From the NCBI GenBank assembly GCA_963702005.1, contig OY969696.1, positions 3,520,001-3,584,000 of the forward strand: DNA of 64,000 nt. The letters run 5' to 3'. The stretch is from Candidatus Aminicenantes bacterium. GTDB taxonomy: Bacteria > Acidobacteriota > Aminicenantia > Aminicenantales > JAFGBC01. How positions within the stretch are numbered: position 1 is the stretch's first letter; every line of letters starts with the position of its first letter. The notes below the pieces were generated by a model. The model was not told the DNA's origin. It did not search any database and was given only the letters and a program-made list of their open reading frames with translations. Of the stretch, positions 9,556 through 17,972 are shown one piece after another. The position numbers and the translations under genes are program-made.

Positions 9556-11118
9556 CTATTTTTCTTTACGATAATACTGGATACAGTCGCGCAACACGGA
9601 ATAGGCCTGCATGAGGTCTTCCTCGGCGATGACGAACATGAAGGTCGCCCGCGTGGAAATGAAGTCCATGATATTGATCTTCATATTGGAAAGTTGATTG
9701 ATAAAAAAGGCAAAAAGTCCGGGCACGTCTATGCCCGGCACGCCGTCCCACGCCCTGGGCTCCCGGATTCTAATCACGGCCACCTTCTCCCGAATTTCGA
9801 CGGCCTGGGTCATGATGCTCTGAAAAGAGGCTCGTGTTTCTCTATCAAGAATGAGGGTAATCTCCCCCCCAGCCTGGTTGACGAATAGCACTCGATCCGG
9901 GTCCAAGGGGATCTTTTGGGTGATATCATTGATCGCCGACAGGATCCTGTCGGTGCGGCTGAATGTCATGTGCAGGATATCGTCCCTCATTGACACTTGG
10001 CAATAAGCGATGATTTTCGCCAGGTTCTTTTCAACGTCCGCTTGGTCGAGGTCCAAGCGATTCCCTGTCGTCTCCCTTGTGTTCTTGGCCACGGGGGATC
10101 CCGGGCCCATGGGGGATTTTTGTCCTCCCTGAAGGATTTCCGCCAAAATAACATCAAGTTCGGAGCCGAGCTTCAGCGCGGACTCAAAACGCCGTTCCGG
10201 TTTCTTCTCCAGGCATCTCAGGATCAATTGGCTGACCGCTTCCGGAATCTGGGGATTGAAATCCCTGGGGTCCTTGGGCCTTTCGACCTTGTGCTTCAGG
10301 GCGATGGACAGCGCCGTATCCCCCTCAAACGGCACACGTCCGGCCAGCATTTCATAGAGGATCACTCCCAGCGAATAAATATCAGACCGCCGGTCCGCCT
10401 CCCTTGCCTCGGCTTGCTCGGGCGACATGTATTCGGCGGTGCCTATGATGACTCTCGTGCCGGTCATCCCCTTGGCCTGAACGGAGCGGGCGATTCCAAA
10501 ATCCATGATCCGGGCGTTTCCCTCCTTGTCAATCAGGATATTGCTCGGCTTCAAGTCCCGATGGACGACTCCCAGTCGATGGGCTTCCGCCAGTCCCTGG
10601 CAGATCTGTTTGGCTAGGGACAGGGCGGTTCCAACCTCCAACCGCTTGGACATTCGGATCAGGCTCTTCAGGTCCTCTCCAGGCACATATTCCATGGTGA
10701 TGAAGGCCGTTCCCTTGTCCTCGCCCAAATCGAACATTCTGCAAACGTTGGGGTGGGAGATCATCCGGGTCATCTTCAGCTCGTTGCGAAAACGCTCGAT
10801 TGTCTTCTTGTCCAGGGCGATATCGGGCCTGATGAGCTTGAGCGCGATTTCGGCGTTGACCTTTTTGTCTTCAACCCGATAGACTTTGCCCATTCCCCCT
10901 TGACCGAGCTCTTCGATCACCTCGTAGCGACCGGCGAACAAGGTCCCCCGTTTGAGTTCGCCGATGTTCGTTTCCAGGGTTTTAGTGAAAGTAGGTTGTC
11001 CGTCCAGAGCCGAGGGATTTCCCGGAGCGGAGGAGTCCAGCTTCGTTCCGCATTCCCCGCAGAATTTCAACGTCTCGGGATTCTCCAAATGACATTTCGG
11101 ACACTTGATAGCCACCAT
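9556..11118 (-). CDS. Hanks-type Ser/Thr kinase with N-terminal zinc ribbon and C-terminal ACT-like domains
   Basis: CPKC..CGEC; LGQGGMGKVY, ALK, HRDLKPSN, DFG, YMSPEQ; C-terminal PGLFAFFINQLSNMKINIMDFIST. Confidence 0.9.
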   Translation of the reverse strand: MVAIKCPKCHLENPETLKFCGECGTKLDSSAPGNPSALDGQPTFTKTLETNIGELKRGTLFAGRYEVIEELGQGGMGKVYRVEDKKVNAEIALKLIRPDIALDKKTIERFRNELKMTRMISHPNVCRMFDLGEDKGTAFITMEYVPGEDLKSLIRMSKRLEVGTALSLAKQICQGLAEAHRLGVVHRDLKPSNILIDKEGNARIMDFGIARSVQAKGMTGTRVIIGTAEYMSPEQAEAREADRRSDIYSLGVILYEMLAGRVPFEGDTALSIALKHKVERPKDPRDFNPQIPEAVSQLILRCLEKKPERRFESALKLGSELDVILAEILQGGQKSPMGPGSPVAKNTRETTGNRLDLDQADVEKNLAKIIAYCQVSMRDDILHMTFSRTDRILSAINDITQKIPLDPDRVLFVNQAGGEITLILDRETRASFQSIMTQAVEIREKVAVIRIREPRAWDGVPGIDVPGLFAFFINQLSNMKINIMDFISTRATFMFVIAEEDLMQAYSVLRDCIQYYRKEK

Positions 11119-11143
11119 TGGGCCTCTATATCTTTCAATTTAT

Positions 11144-11172
11144 AGAATAACAAGGAATCGTGTCCTAGTCAA
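11144..11172 (-). promoter_or_regulatory. Putative sigma70 promoter of the kinase gene
   Basis: TTGACT-17 nt-TATTCT. Confidence 0.5.
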
Positions 11173-11228
11173 AGAAAGACAAATCTCGCCATTTGCCGCG
11201 GCTAGATCCAGAGATCCAACAGCCTTGG

Positions 11229-11248
11229 ATTGTGACCAAATTGTGACC
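11229..11248. repeat. Tandem 9-bp direct repeat, candidate integrase arm-type sites
   Basis: ATTGTGACC at 11229-11237 and 11240-11248, about 120 nt from the half tRNA. Confidence 0.45.
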
Positions 11249-11367
11249 CTCTTGGGTATGCTTCGGCATATTTCCGCATACCTGCAGATACCTTCGTTAA
11301 ATTGTAAGTCTCTGATAAATCGAACTATTACTTTATTTTATGGAGGTTGAGAGAATCGTCGGTCTGC

Positions 11368-11406
11368 ATCCGGAGTCAGTCGCTCTATCCACTGAGCTGC
11401 AGGCGC
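11368..11406 (-). pseudogene. 5' half of tRNA-Arg(CCG), truncated after the anticodon loop
   Basis: GCGCCTG CA GCTC AGTGGATA GAGC G ACTGA CTCCGGA T gives acceptor strand, D-arm and CCG loop; no T-arm or 3' acceptor strand follows. Confidence 0.8.
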
Positions 11407-11410
11407 AGGG

Positions 11411-11474
11411 TCAGAAGCTCCTGAAAAGCGGCCTGAGGCGGCGGGGGACGCTCGGCCACAAAGGCGAGATTCAG
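11411..11474 (-). mobile_element. Second IS91-like transposase 3' remnant (repeat of 9344-9400)
   Basis: Encodes LNLAFVAERPPPPQAAFQELL; near-identical to 9344-9400 apart from a 7-nt indel and 2 substitutions. Confidence 0.6.
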
Positions 11475-11480
11475 ACGCGG

Positions 11481-13073
11481 CTACACCGCCTTGGCGAAGT
11501 TTGCGGTGACCGTCTTATTGCCGTTCATCGTGATCGTCTTGGGATTCGTGGCGCCGGATGCGTCGCCGCTCCAATGCCCGAATCTGTACCCCGGCTTGGC
11601 CTTGGCCGTGATGCTGACCGATGTCCCTTCATCATACGTATGGGTCCCCGGCACGGGATTGGTTGTCCCTCCGGGTCCAGCGGCGATTTTCAGCATATAC
11701 CTTCGAGGAGCACCGGCGTTTCCCGTGTTGACGTTGTTCCGCCTGAATTTCGGCCAGGGCGAATCCGCCAGGCCGCGGCTGCCGGTGTTCAGGGCGATGA
11801 GGCCGAGGATGCTATGGGTTGCCACGTACAACGTTCCGTCGCCCGCCAGGGCCGGCCCCTGGTCGTGGAGGGACCAGATGTCATTGTCCATCCACACCAC
11901 TTTGCCGCGCGGCGACATGGCGTAGAGCAATCCGACCTCGTTCCCGAAATAAAGGACCCCGTTCGAATCGATCGCGGGAGAATTGTAGATGTCGGGGGGA
12001 TTGATCTTGGCGGGCGGCAGGTCTTTCACATCGTCATACGTGTCGTACTTCCATTTGATTCGACCGCTGGGTGAAATCGCATAGAACCAGGCTGGGACGT
12101 TCAACGGATGGTGGGTGGTTCCGGCGTACAAGGTCCCGTCGGGCCCGATCGAAGGCGAGGCTTCGATCCACAGGCGGGTCACTACGGACCACTTGAGCGT
12201 CCCGTCCCTCGGATTAATCGCCAGGATCTTCGCCTCTTTGGATGCCCTTAGCTTATCGTCGGGATCTGCGGAATCCGCGTAACGGCCGACCGCCGAGTAG
12301 ATGGTGCCGTCCGCGCCGATGATCGGAGCCGCCGTGCCTCCAACGTCGTGAGTTCGCCACTTCAGGGTCCCGTTCGGGCGAAAGGCGAAGACGCCGCCTT
12401 CAACGGTTTCTTGTCCGTGTCCGCCGGCTTGCGTGTTCACATAGATCGTACCGTCCGCCCCGACGGTCGGGCCGCTATGGTGGCTTCCCGTCGTGACTAT
12501 CCCGGATTCCATATAGTTGTCCCTCAGCGGGAAATCGAAACGCCATTTCCTCGTTCCGTTCCTGTAAAAAGCATAAAGGCTGTAGAGTCCGCAGGCATAG
12601 ACGGTCCCGTTGGATGCAATCGCCGGCGTGAATCCGGTGTTGGGAACGGGTGCCTGCCAGCCAATGGCTTCGGACGTCCACCGGCGATGCCCGGAGGAAT
12701 CTAGTGAAATCAGCACCGCGTCCATGCGGTCGGGGTTGTTGGCGTTGCCGGCGATAAAGTACAGATTGTCTTGTCTGTCCAGTGCGACGCTTGAATGGAC
12801 GGCCCGGCCCAGTTTCCGTTTCCACTTGAGAGTGCCGTCGGATCGTATCGCATACATGACGTCGGAGGAAGGGCCGGCGAAGGTTAAGCCAGTACCGATG
12901 TAGATGGTGCCGTCTGAACCGACCGCGGGGGATTGAACCACTGTGACCTCCATCGGAAACGTCCAGAGGCGGTGGCTGGCGGTCGGCCGGGCGGACAGCA
13001 AATCACAAAGCAGAATGAGGATAACGGATGCAGGACGGCCCGGCGATTCGCGTTTTCGGAACCGATGAGGCAT
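11481..13073 (-). CDS. PQQ-like beta-propeller repeat protein with C-terminal InlB-B/bacterial-repeat domain
   Basis: Repeated SPAIGxDGTIY...DGTLKW motifs; SPWPKFRRN; PGYRFGHWSGDASG..VTANF; start uncertain. Confidence 0.8.
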   Translation of the reverse strand: MPHRFRKRESPGRPASVILILLCDLLSARPTASHRLWTFPMEVTVVQSPAVGSDGTIYIGTGLTFAGPSSDVMYAIRSDGTLKWKRKLGRAVHSSVALDRQDNLYFIAGNANNPDRMDAVLISLDSSGHRRWTSEAIGWQAPVPNTGFTPAIASNGTVYACGLYSLYAFYRNGTRKWRFDFPLRDNYMESGIVTTGSHHSGPTVGADGTIYVNTQAGGHGQETVEGGVFAFRPNGTLKWRTHDVGGTAAPIIGADGTIYSAVGRYADSADPDDKLRASKEAKILAINPRDGTLKWSVVTRLWIEASPSIGPDGTLYAGTTHHPLNVPAWFYAISPSGRIKWKYDTYDDVKDLPPAKINPPDIYNSPAIDSNGVLYFGNEVGLLYAMSPRGKVVWMDNDIWSLHDQGPALAGDGTLYVATHSILGLIALNTGSRGLADSPWPKFRRNNVNTGNAGAPRRYMLKIAAGPGGTTNPVPGTHTYDEGTSVSITAKAKPGYRFGHWSGDASGATNPKTITMNGNKTVTANFAKAV

Positions 13074-13326
13074 TGATGTATTTATTACTTTTATACCGGT
13101 TTTATAGCAGGTTGTCAACGGAAGATGGATTTCGGCAACCGAAAAATTCGGGGTCCTCAGGGCCGATTCGAACCGCGAATGCGATTGATCGTTGTTATCA
13201 AGTATATCGAGATCCCCCGCGCTCGACAGTTAATTTCCTCGAAAAAACGGGAGCTCGCGTCGGCGCGAGTTGCGCCCGCTCCCCTTTTTTGTTAAAATTG
13301 AATCCCAATCCCAAGAGGAGAATCAT

Positions 13327-14082
13327 ATGTCCGGACATTCCAAGTGGGCTTCTATCAAGCATAAAAAGGCGGCGGCCGACTCGAAACGGGGCAAGGTCTT
13401 CACCAAGATCATCCGCGAGATCGCGGTGGCGGCCAAGGTGGGCGGCGGAGACCCCGATAAAAACCCCCGGCTTCGCAAGGCCGTCAACGACGCCCGGGCC
13501 TGCAACATGCCCGCCGACAACATCAAGCGGGCGATCATGAAGGGGACGGGCCAGCTCGAGGGGACGAGCTACGAAGAGGTCATCTATGAGGGCTACGGGC
13601 CGGGCGGAGTCGCCATCTTCGTCACCACCCTGACCGACAACAAGAACCGGACCGTATCCGAGATCCGCCACATCTTCGCCAAGAACGGCGGCCAGATCGG
13701 GACCCAGGGCTGCGTCGCCTTCCGCTTCAAGCGCCAGGGCTACGTCGTCGTCGCCAAGGACAAGGCCGACGAGGACAAGCTCATGGAGATCGCCCTCAAC
13801 GCCGGCGCCGAGGACATCAGGGATGAAGGCGACACCTGGGAGATTATCATGACGCCCGATAAATACGAGACCGTCCTCGAGGCCGTCAAGACGGCCGGGA
13901 TCGAAATCGCGGACTCGAACGTCGGGCACCTCCCCCAGGACTACACCAAGCTCGAGGGAAAGCCCGCCCAGCAGGTCGTCAAACTCGTCGAGGAGCTCGA
14001 AGACCACGATGACGTCCAGACCGTCGCCGCCAATTTCGACATCGCCGAGGACGAGCTCGCCCGGATCGCGGCCGAAGCCTGA
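13327..14082 (+). CDS. yebC: YebC/PmpR family protein
   Basis: MSGHSKWASIKHKK, YEGYGPGG; GAGGAG SD; lies before ruvCAB. Confidence 0.96.
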   Translation: MSGHSKWASIKHKKAAADSKRGKVFTKIIREIAVAAKVGGGDPDKNPRLRKAVNDARACNMPADNIKRAIMKGTGQLEGTSYEEVIYEGYGPGGVAIFVTTLTDNKNRTVSEIRHIFAKNGGQIGTQGCVAFRFKRQGYVVVAKDKADEDKLMEIALNAGAEDIRDEGDTWEIIMTPDKYETVLEAVKTAGIEIADSNVGHLPQDYTKLEGKPAQQVVKLVEELEDHDDVQTVAANFDIAEDELARIAAEA

Positions 14083-14093
14083 GGCGCCGCCCG

Positions 14094-14597
14094 ATGAGGG
14101 TCCTCGGCATCGATCCCAGCAGCCAGGCCACCGGCTTCGGGATCATCGAGGACCAGGGCGCCCGCTTCGCCCCCCTCTGTTACGGGACGATCAAGCCGAC
14201 CCGGACTCTTCCCTTCCACCTCAAGCTCAATGAGATCCGCGCCGACCTCGAGCGGATCATCGCCGAATACGAGCCCGGCGAGGTCGCCCTCGAAAGCGCC
14301 TTCTACGCCCAGAACGTCAAGACGGCCCTGGCCCTCGGCCAGGTCCGGGGCGCCTGCCTGGTCGCCGTCGCCTCCCGCGCCTGCGGCCTGTTCGAGTACT
14401 CGGCCCTCGAGATCAAGAAGGCCGTCACCGGCTACGGCCAGGCCGACAAGGCCCAGGTCCTGAGCATGGTCAAGGCCCTTCTGGGGATCGACGACCCGGG
14501 CCTCGACGCCGACGCCGCCGACGCCCTGGCGGCCGCCATCTGCCATCTCAACTCCCGGAGCTTCCAGGCGCGTCTCAAGGAATCCGGAGTGAAGTAA
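14094..14597 (+). CDS. ruvC: Holliday junction resolvase
   Basis: VLGIDP, KKAVTGYGQADK, DAADALAAAICH. Confidence 0.96.
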   Translation: MRVLGIDPSSQATGFGIIEDQGARFAPLCYGTIKPTRTLPFHLKLNEIRADLERIIAEYEPGEVALESAFYAQNVKTALALGQVRGACLVAVASRACGLFEYSALEIKKAVTGYGQADKAQVLSMVKALLGIDDPGLDADAADALAAAICHLNSRSFQARLKESGVK

Positions 14598-14609
14598 AGG
14601 ACGCCCGCC

Positions 14610-15197
14610 ATGATCGCCCATCTCAAAGGAACCCTCGCTCAGAAGACAACCGGCCTGGTCGTCATCGACACGGGCGGCGTCGGCTACGCCGCGGCCATCC
14701 CGCTTTCGACCTTCATCCGGATCGGCGATGTCGGCCAGCCCGTCGAGCTCCACATCTACACCCATCTGACGGATAACGCCCTGTCCCTGTTCGGGTTCGC
14801 GACGCGCGAGGAGAAGGAGATTTTCCTCAAGCTCATCGCCGTTTCGGGGATCGGGCCCAAGCTGGCCATGAACATCCTGTCCGGCATCGAGCCGGCCGAC
14901 CTCGCGGCGGCCGTCCGGGACGGCGACGTCGTCCGCCTGACCATGATCCCGGGCATCGGGAAGAAAACCGCCCTCCGCATCGCCATGGAGCTCCAGGACA
15001 AGCTCGAGAAAAAGGAAAAGGTCCTCGCCGGCCAGGATTCCCGGGAGCGGGAGGATCTCGTCTCGGCCCTCCTTAACATGGGATTCCGGCGCAATGAGGT
15101 GGACCGCGTCGCGGACGACGTCCTCCGCTCGCTCACGGCCAAGGCGGGGTTCGAGAAGCTCCTCCGCGAAAGCCTCAAACGCCTGGCCAAGCTTTAA
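14610..15197 (+). CDS. ruvA: Holliday junction branch migration protein
   Basis: MIAHLKG, GGVGY, VSGIGPKLA, IPGIGKKTA. Confidence 0.96.
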   Translation: MIAHLKGTLAQKTTGLVVIDTGGVGYAAAIPLSTFIRIGDVGQPVELHIYTHLTDNALSLFGFATREEKEIFLKLIAVSGIGPKLAMNILSGIEPADLAAAVRDGDVVRLTMIPGIGKKTALRIAMELQDKLEKKEKVLAGQDSREREDLVSALLNMGFRRNEVDRVADDVLRSLTAKAGFEKLLRESLKRLAKL

Positions 15198-15273
15198 TCT
15201 CGGCCGACGCCGTGTCGGCTCTGGACTTTGGCATAGAAATGCAATAACCTGTGGAACTGAGGACTGACGCGTC

Positions 15274-16305
15274 ATGCCCGCCATCTTGACCCCTGTTCGG
15301 ACCAAGGAGGACATCCTCTTCGAGGACAGCCTCCGGCCCCGCAGCTTCGACGAGTTCGTCGGCCAGGACACGATCAAGGCCAACCTCAAGGTCTTCATCC
15401 AGGCCGCTCGCAAGCGCTCCGAGCACCTCGACCACGTCCTCCTTTACGGGCCGCCCGGCCTGGGCAAGACCAGCCTCGCCTACATCATCGCCAAGGAGCT
15501 GGGCGTCGGGATCAAGCCGACCGCCGGGCCGGTCATCGAGCGGACGGGCGACCTGTCGGCCATCCTCTCCAACCTCCAGGACAAGGAGGTCCTGTTCATC
15601 GACGAGATCCACCGCCTCCACCCCTCGGTCGAGGAGATCCTCTACTCGGCCATGGAGGACTACTGCCTGGACATCGTCATCGGCCAGGGGCCGAGCGCGC
15701 GTAGCCACAAGCTCCGGCTCAAGAAGTTCACCCTGATCGGGGCGACGACCCGCGCCGGCCGCATCACGGCCCCGCTCCGGGGCCGCTTCGGGATCATCCA
15801 CCGGCTCGACTACTACCGCGACGAGGACCTCAAGCAAGTCATCCGCCGCTCGGCCGAAATCCTCAAGATCAAAGTCGACGACGGAGGGGCCGCCGAGATC
15901 GCGCTCAGGTCGCGGGGGACGCCGCGCGTGGCCAACCGTTTGCTGCGGCGGGTCCGCGACTTCGCGGACGTCAAGGGCAAGGGTGCCATCGCGGCCAAGG
16001 ACGCCACCGAGGCCATGAATAAAATGGAAGTGGACTCGATCGGCCTCGACGACGTCGACCGCAAGATCCTGATCACGATCATCGAAAACTTCGGCGGCGG
16101 CCCGGTCGGGATCGCAACGATCGCCGCGGCCATCGACGAGGAGAAGGACACCATCGAATCCATCTACGAGCCCTTCCTGATGCGGATCGGGTACCTCGAC
16201 CGGAGCATCCGGGGACGGAAGGTCACGGACAAAGCCTACGGGCATCTCGGATACACCCTGCCGGGACGCGGCGTCTCTCCCCAGAAGAAACTGTTCAAGG
16301 ATTGA
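15274..16305 (+). CDS. ruvB: Holliday junction DNA helicase
   Basis: [35 protein letters not shown]. Confidence 0.97.
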   Translation: MPAILTPVRTKEDILFEDSLRPRSFDEFVGQDTIKANLKVFIQAARKRSEHLDHVLLYGPPGLGKTSLAYIIAKELGVGIKPTAGPVIERTGDLSAILSNLQDKEVLFIDEIHRLHPSVEEILYSAMEDYCLDIVIGQGPSARSHKLRLKKFTLIGATTRAGRITAPLRGRFGIIHRLDYYRDEDLKQVIRRSAEILKIKVDDGGAAEIALRSRGTPRVANRLLRRVRDFADVKGKGAIAAKDATEAMNKMEVDSIGLDDVDRKILITIIENFGGGPVGIATIAAAIDEEKDTIESIYEPFLMRIGYLDRSIRGRKVTDKAYGHLGYTLPGRGVSPQKKLFKD

Positions 16306-17387
16306 TGCGGGTCTCGGATTTCGACTACGAGCTTCCGGCCGAGCTCATCGCCCAGCGGCCCCTCCCCCGCCGCGACGACTCGCGGATGATGGTCGTCGAC
16401 AGGAGGGCCGGTCGCATCGTCCACTCCGAGTTTAAACGCTTTCCCGAGCACCTGGCGGCGGGAGACCTCCTTGTCCTCAACGACACCAAGGTCATCCCGG
16501 CCAAGGCCTGGGGGACGGTCCGCGGGAATGACATCGAGTTCCTCTTTATCAAAGAGACGGCGCCGGCGAGTTGGGAGGTTCTCTGCAAACCGGCCAAACG
16601 GGTCGGAAGCGGCGACCGAGTCCGATTCGCGGACGGCTTCGAGGCCGAAGTCTCGGGACGAGGAGAATCGGGACGCCGGACGCTGCGCTTCTCGAGTCCG
16701 GGTGTTCTGTCCCGACTCAGGGAGATCGGATTCGCTCCGCTGCCGCCCTATATCAAGAGAAGGAAAAAGCGATTCGAGGAGCGTCCCGACGACCTCGAAC
16801 GCTACCAAACCGTGTTTGCGGCCAAGGAAGGGGCCATCGCGGCGCCCACGGCCGGACTCCATTTCACGCCCGAAGTCTTGGCCCGGATTGAAGACAGAGG
16901 TGTCGAGACCATCCGGATCACTCTCGAAGTCGGGCTGGCAACTTTCCAGCCCGTCCGGGTTGTTCGTGTCGAAGATCACAAGATGCTCGAGGAAGCCTAC
17001 GAAATCGAGGAGGCTGCGGCGGCCGCGATCAAATCGGCGAAGCGGGAGAAGCGGTCCGTCACGGCCGCGGGGACGACGGTCGTCCGCGCCCTGGAGAGCG
17101 CGGCTCTGGCCGCACGAAGCGAGGAAACCGCAGGCGGGCCGAACCCAGATCCCGGGGTTCGCCGCATCGTCCGTCCCGGACCCGCGACATCCTCCCTGTT
17201 CATAACCCCCGGCTTCGAATTCCGGATCGTCGACCGCCTCCTTACGAACTTCCATCTTCCCAAGTCCACGCTCCTCATGCTCGTCTCGGCCTTCGCCGGC
17301 CGCGAGCTTATACTGAAAGCTTATCGGGAAGCCGTCCGCGAGCGCTACCGCTTCTTCTCCTACGGCGACTGCATGCTGATCCGCTGA
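16305..17387 (+). CDS. queA: S-adenosylmethionine:tRNA ribosyltransferase-isomerase
   Basis: DFDYELP..LIAQ, PLPPYI, AAPTAGLHFT, TNFHLPKSTL, FFSYGD. Confidence 0.96.
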   Translation: MRVSDFDYELPAELIAQRPLPRRDDSRMMVVDRRAGRIVHSEFKRFPEHLAAGDLLVLNDTKVIPAKAWGTVRGNDIEFLFIKETAPASWEVLCKPAKRVGSGDRVRFADGFEAEVSGRGESGRRTLRFSSPGVLSRLREIGFAPLPPYIKRRKKRFEERPDDLERYQTVFAAKEGAIAAPTAGLHFTPEVLARIEDRGVETIRITLEVGLATFQPVRVVRVEDHKMLEEAYEIEEAAAAAIKSAKREKRSVTAAGTTVVRALESAALAARSEETAGGPNPDPGVRRIVRPGPATSSLFITPGFEFRIVDRLLTNFHLPKSTLLMLVSAFAGRELILKAYREAVRERYRFFSYGDCMLIR

Positions 17388-17470
17388 ATCTTTTTTATTT
17401 ACAATAAGTTATAGCTAGTCAAAGGGCGGCCGGCGCTTCCCTAAAAGGCGCTCTTGGACAAAAATTTTTA

Positions 17471-17499
17471 TTGACCGGCCGAAAAACAGTGAGTAAAAT
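17471..17499 (+). promoter_or_regulatory. Putative sigma70 promoter
   Basis: TTGACC-17 nt-TAAAAT upstream of the 17538 gene. Confidence 0.55.
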
Positions 17500-17537
17500 A
17501 CAGACATAATAACTGCCAGTGGTCAGGAGGCAATACC

Positions 17538-17867
17538 ATGGCCAAACGCGCTGGTAAGGGGAAAACCAAGGCTAAACCCAAGGCCAAAACCCCGAAAAAA
17601 GCCCCAAAAATCAAGAAAAAAAAGGTCCCCAGGAAGGTCGTCAAGGCCAAAGCCAAGGCCAAACCCAAGCTGAAAGCCAAGACGAAGCACAGGAAGAAAG
17701 TCGCGATCGTCAAGCCGGCCCTTCCCGTTCCAATTCTTCCGCCGCCGACTCCTCCTCCGCCCACGCCTCCCGTGCCGACTCCCCCCCCGGCTCCGGCACC
17801 GGAGGTCAAGGTCGGCGAGCCCGTTCCCCCGATTCCCGCAGGAACTAAAGAACCCGAAAAGGCTTAG
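17538..17867 (+). CDS. Lys/Ala-rich histone H1-like protein with Pro-rich tail
   Basis: KAKPKAK-type repeats then PPPTP repeats; AGGAGG SD and its own promoter. Confidence 0.65.
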   Translation: MAKRAGKGKTKAKPKAKTPKKAPKIKKKKVPRKVVKAKAKAKPKLKAKTKHRKKVAIVKPALPVPILPPPTPPPPTPPVPTPPPAPAPEVKVGEPVPPIPAGTKEPEKA

Positions 17868-17972
17868 CGGAGAGGTCCGCCCACCCGCATCGGTGCGAGA
17901 GATTGTAGAAGCCTACGCCCTGGGCGGGGATCTCGGGATTGAAGCCGGATAATCCCTATTCGAGGAGGGCCG

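Noticed and set aside
13148-13176. GGTTCGAATC T-loop-like motif on the minus strand, considered as the missing tRNA 3' half
   Set aside because: The T-stem does not pair, there is no acceptor strand complementary to GCGCCTG, and it lies on the wrong side of the 5' half
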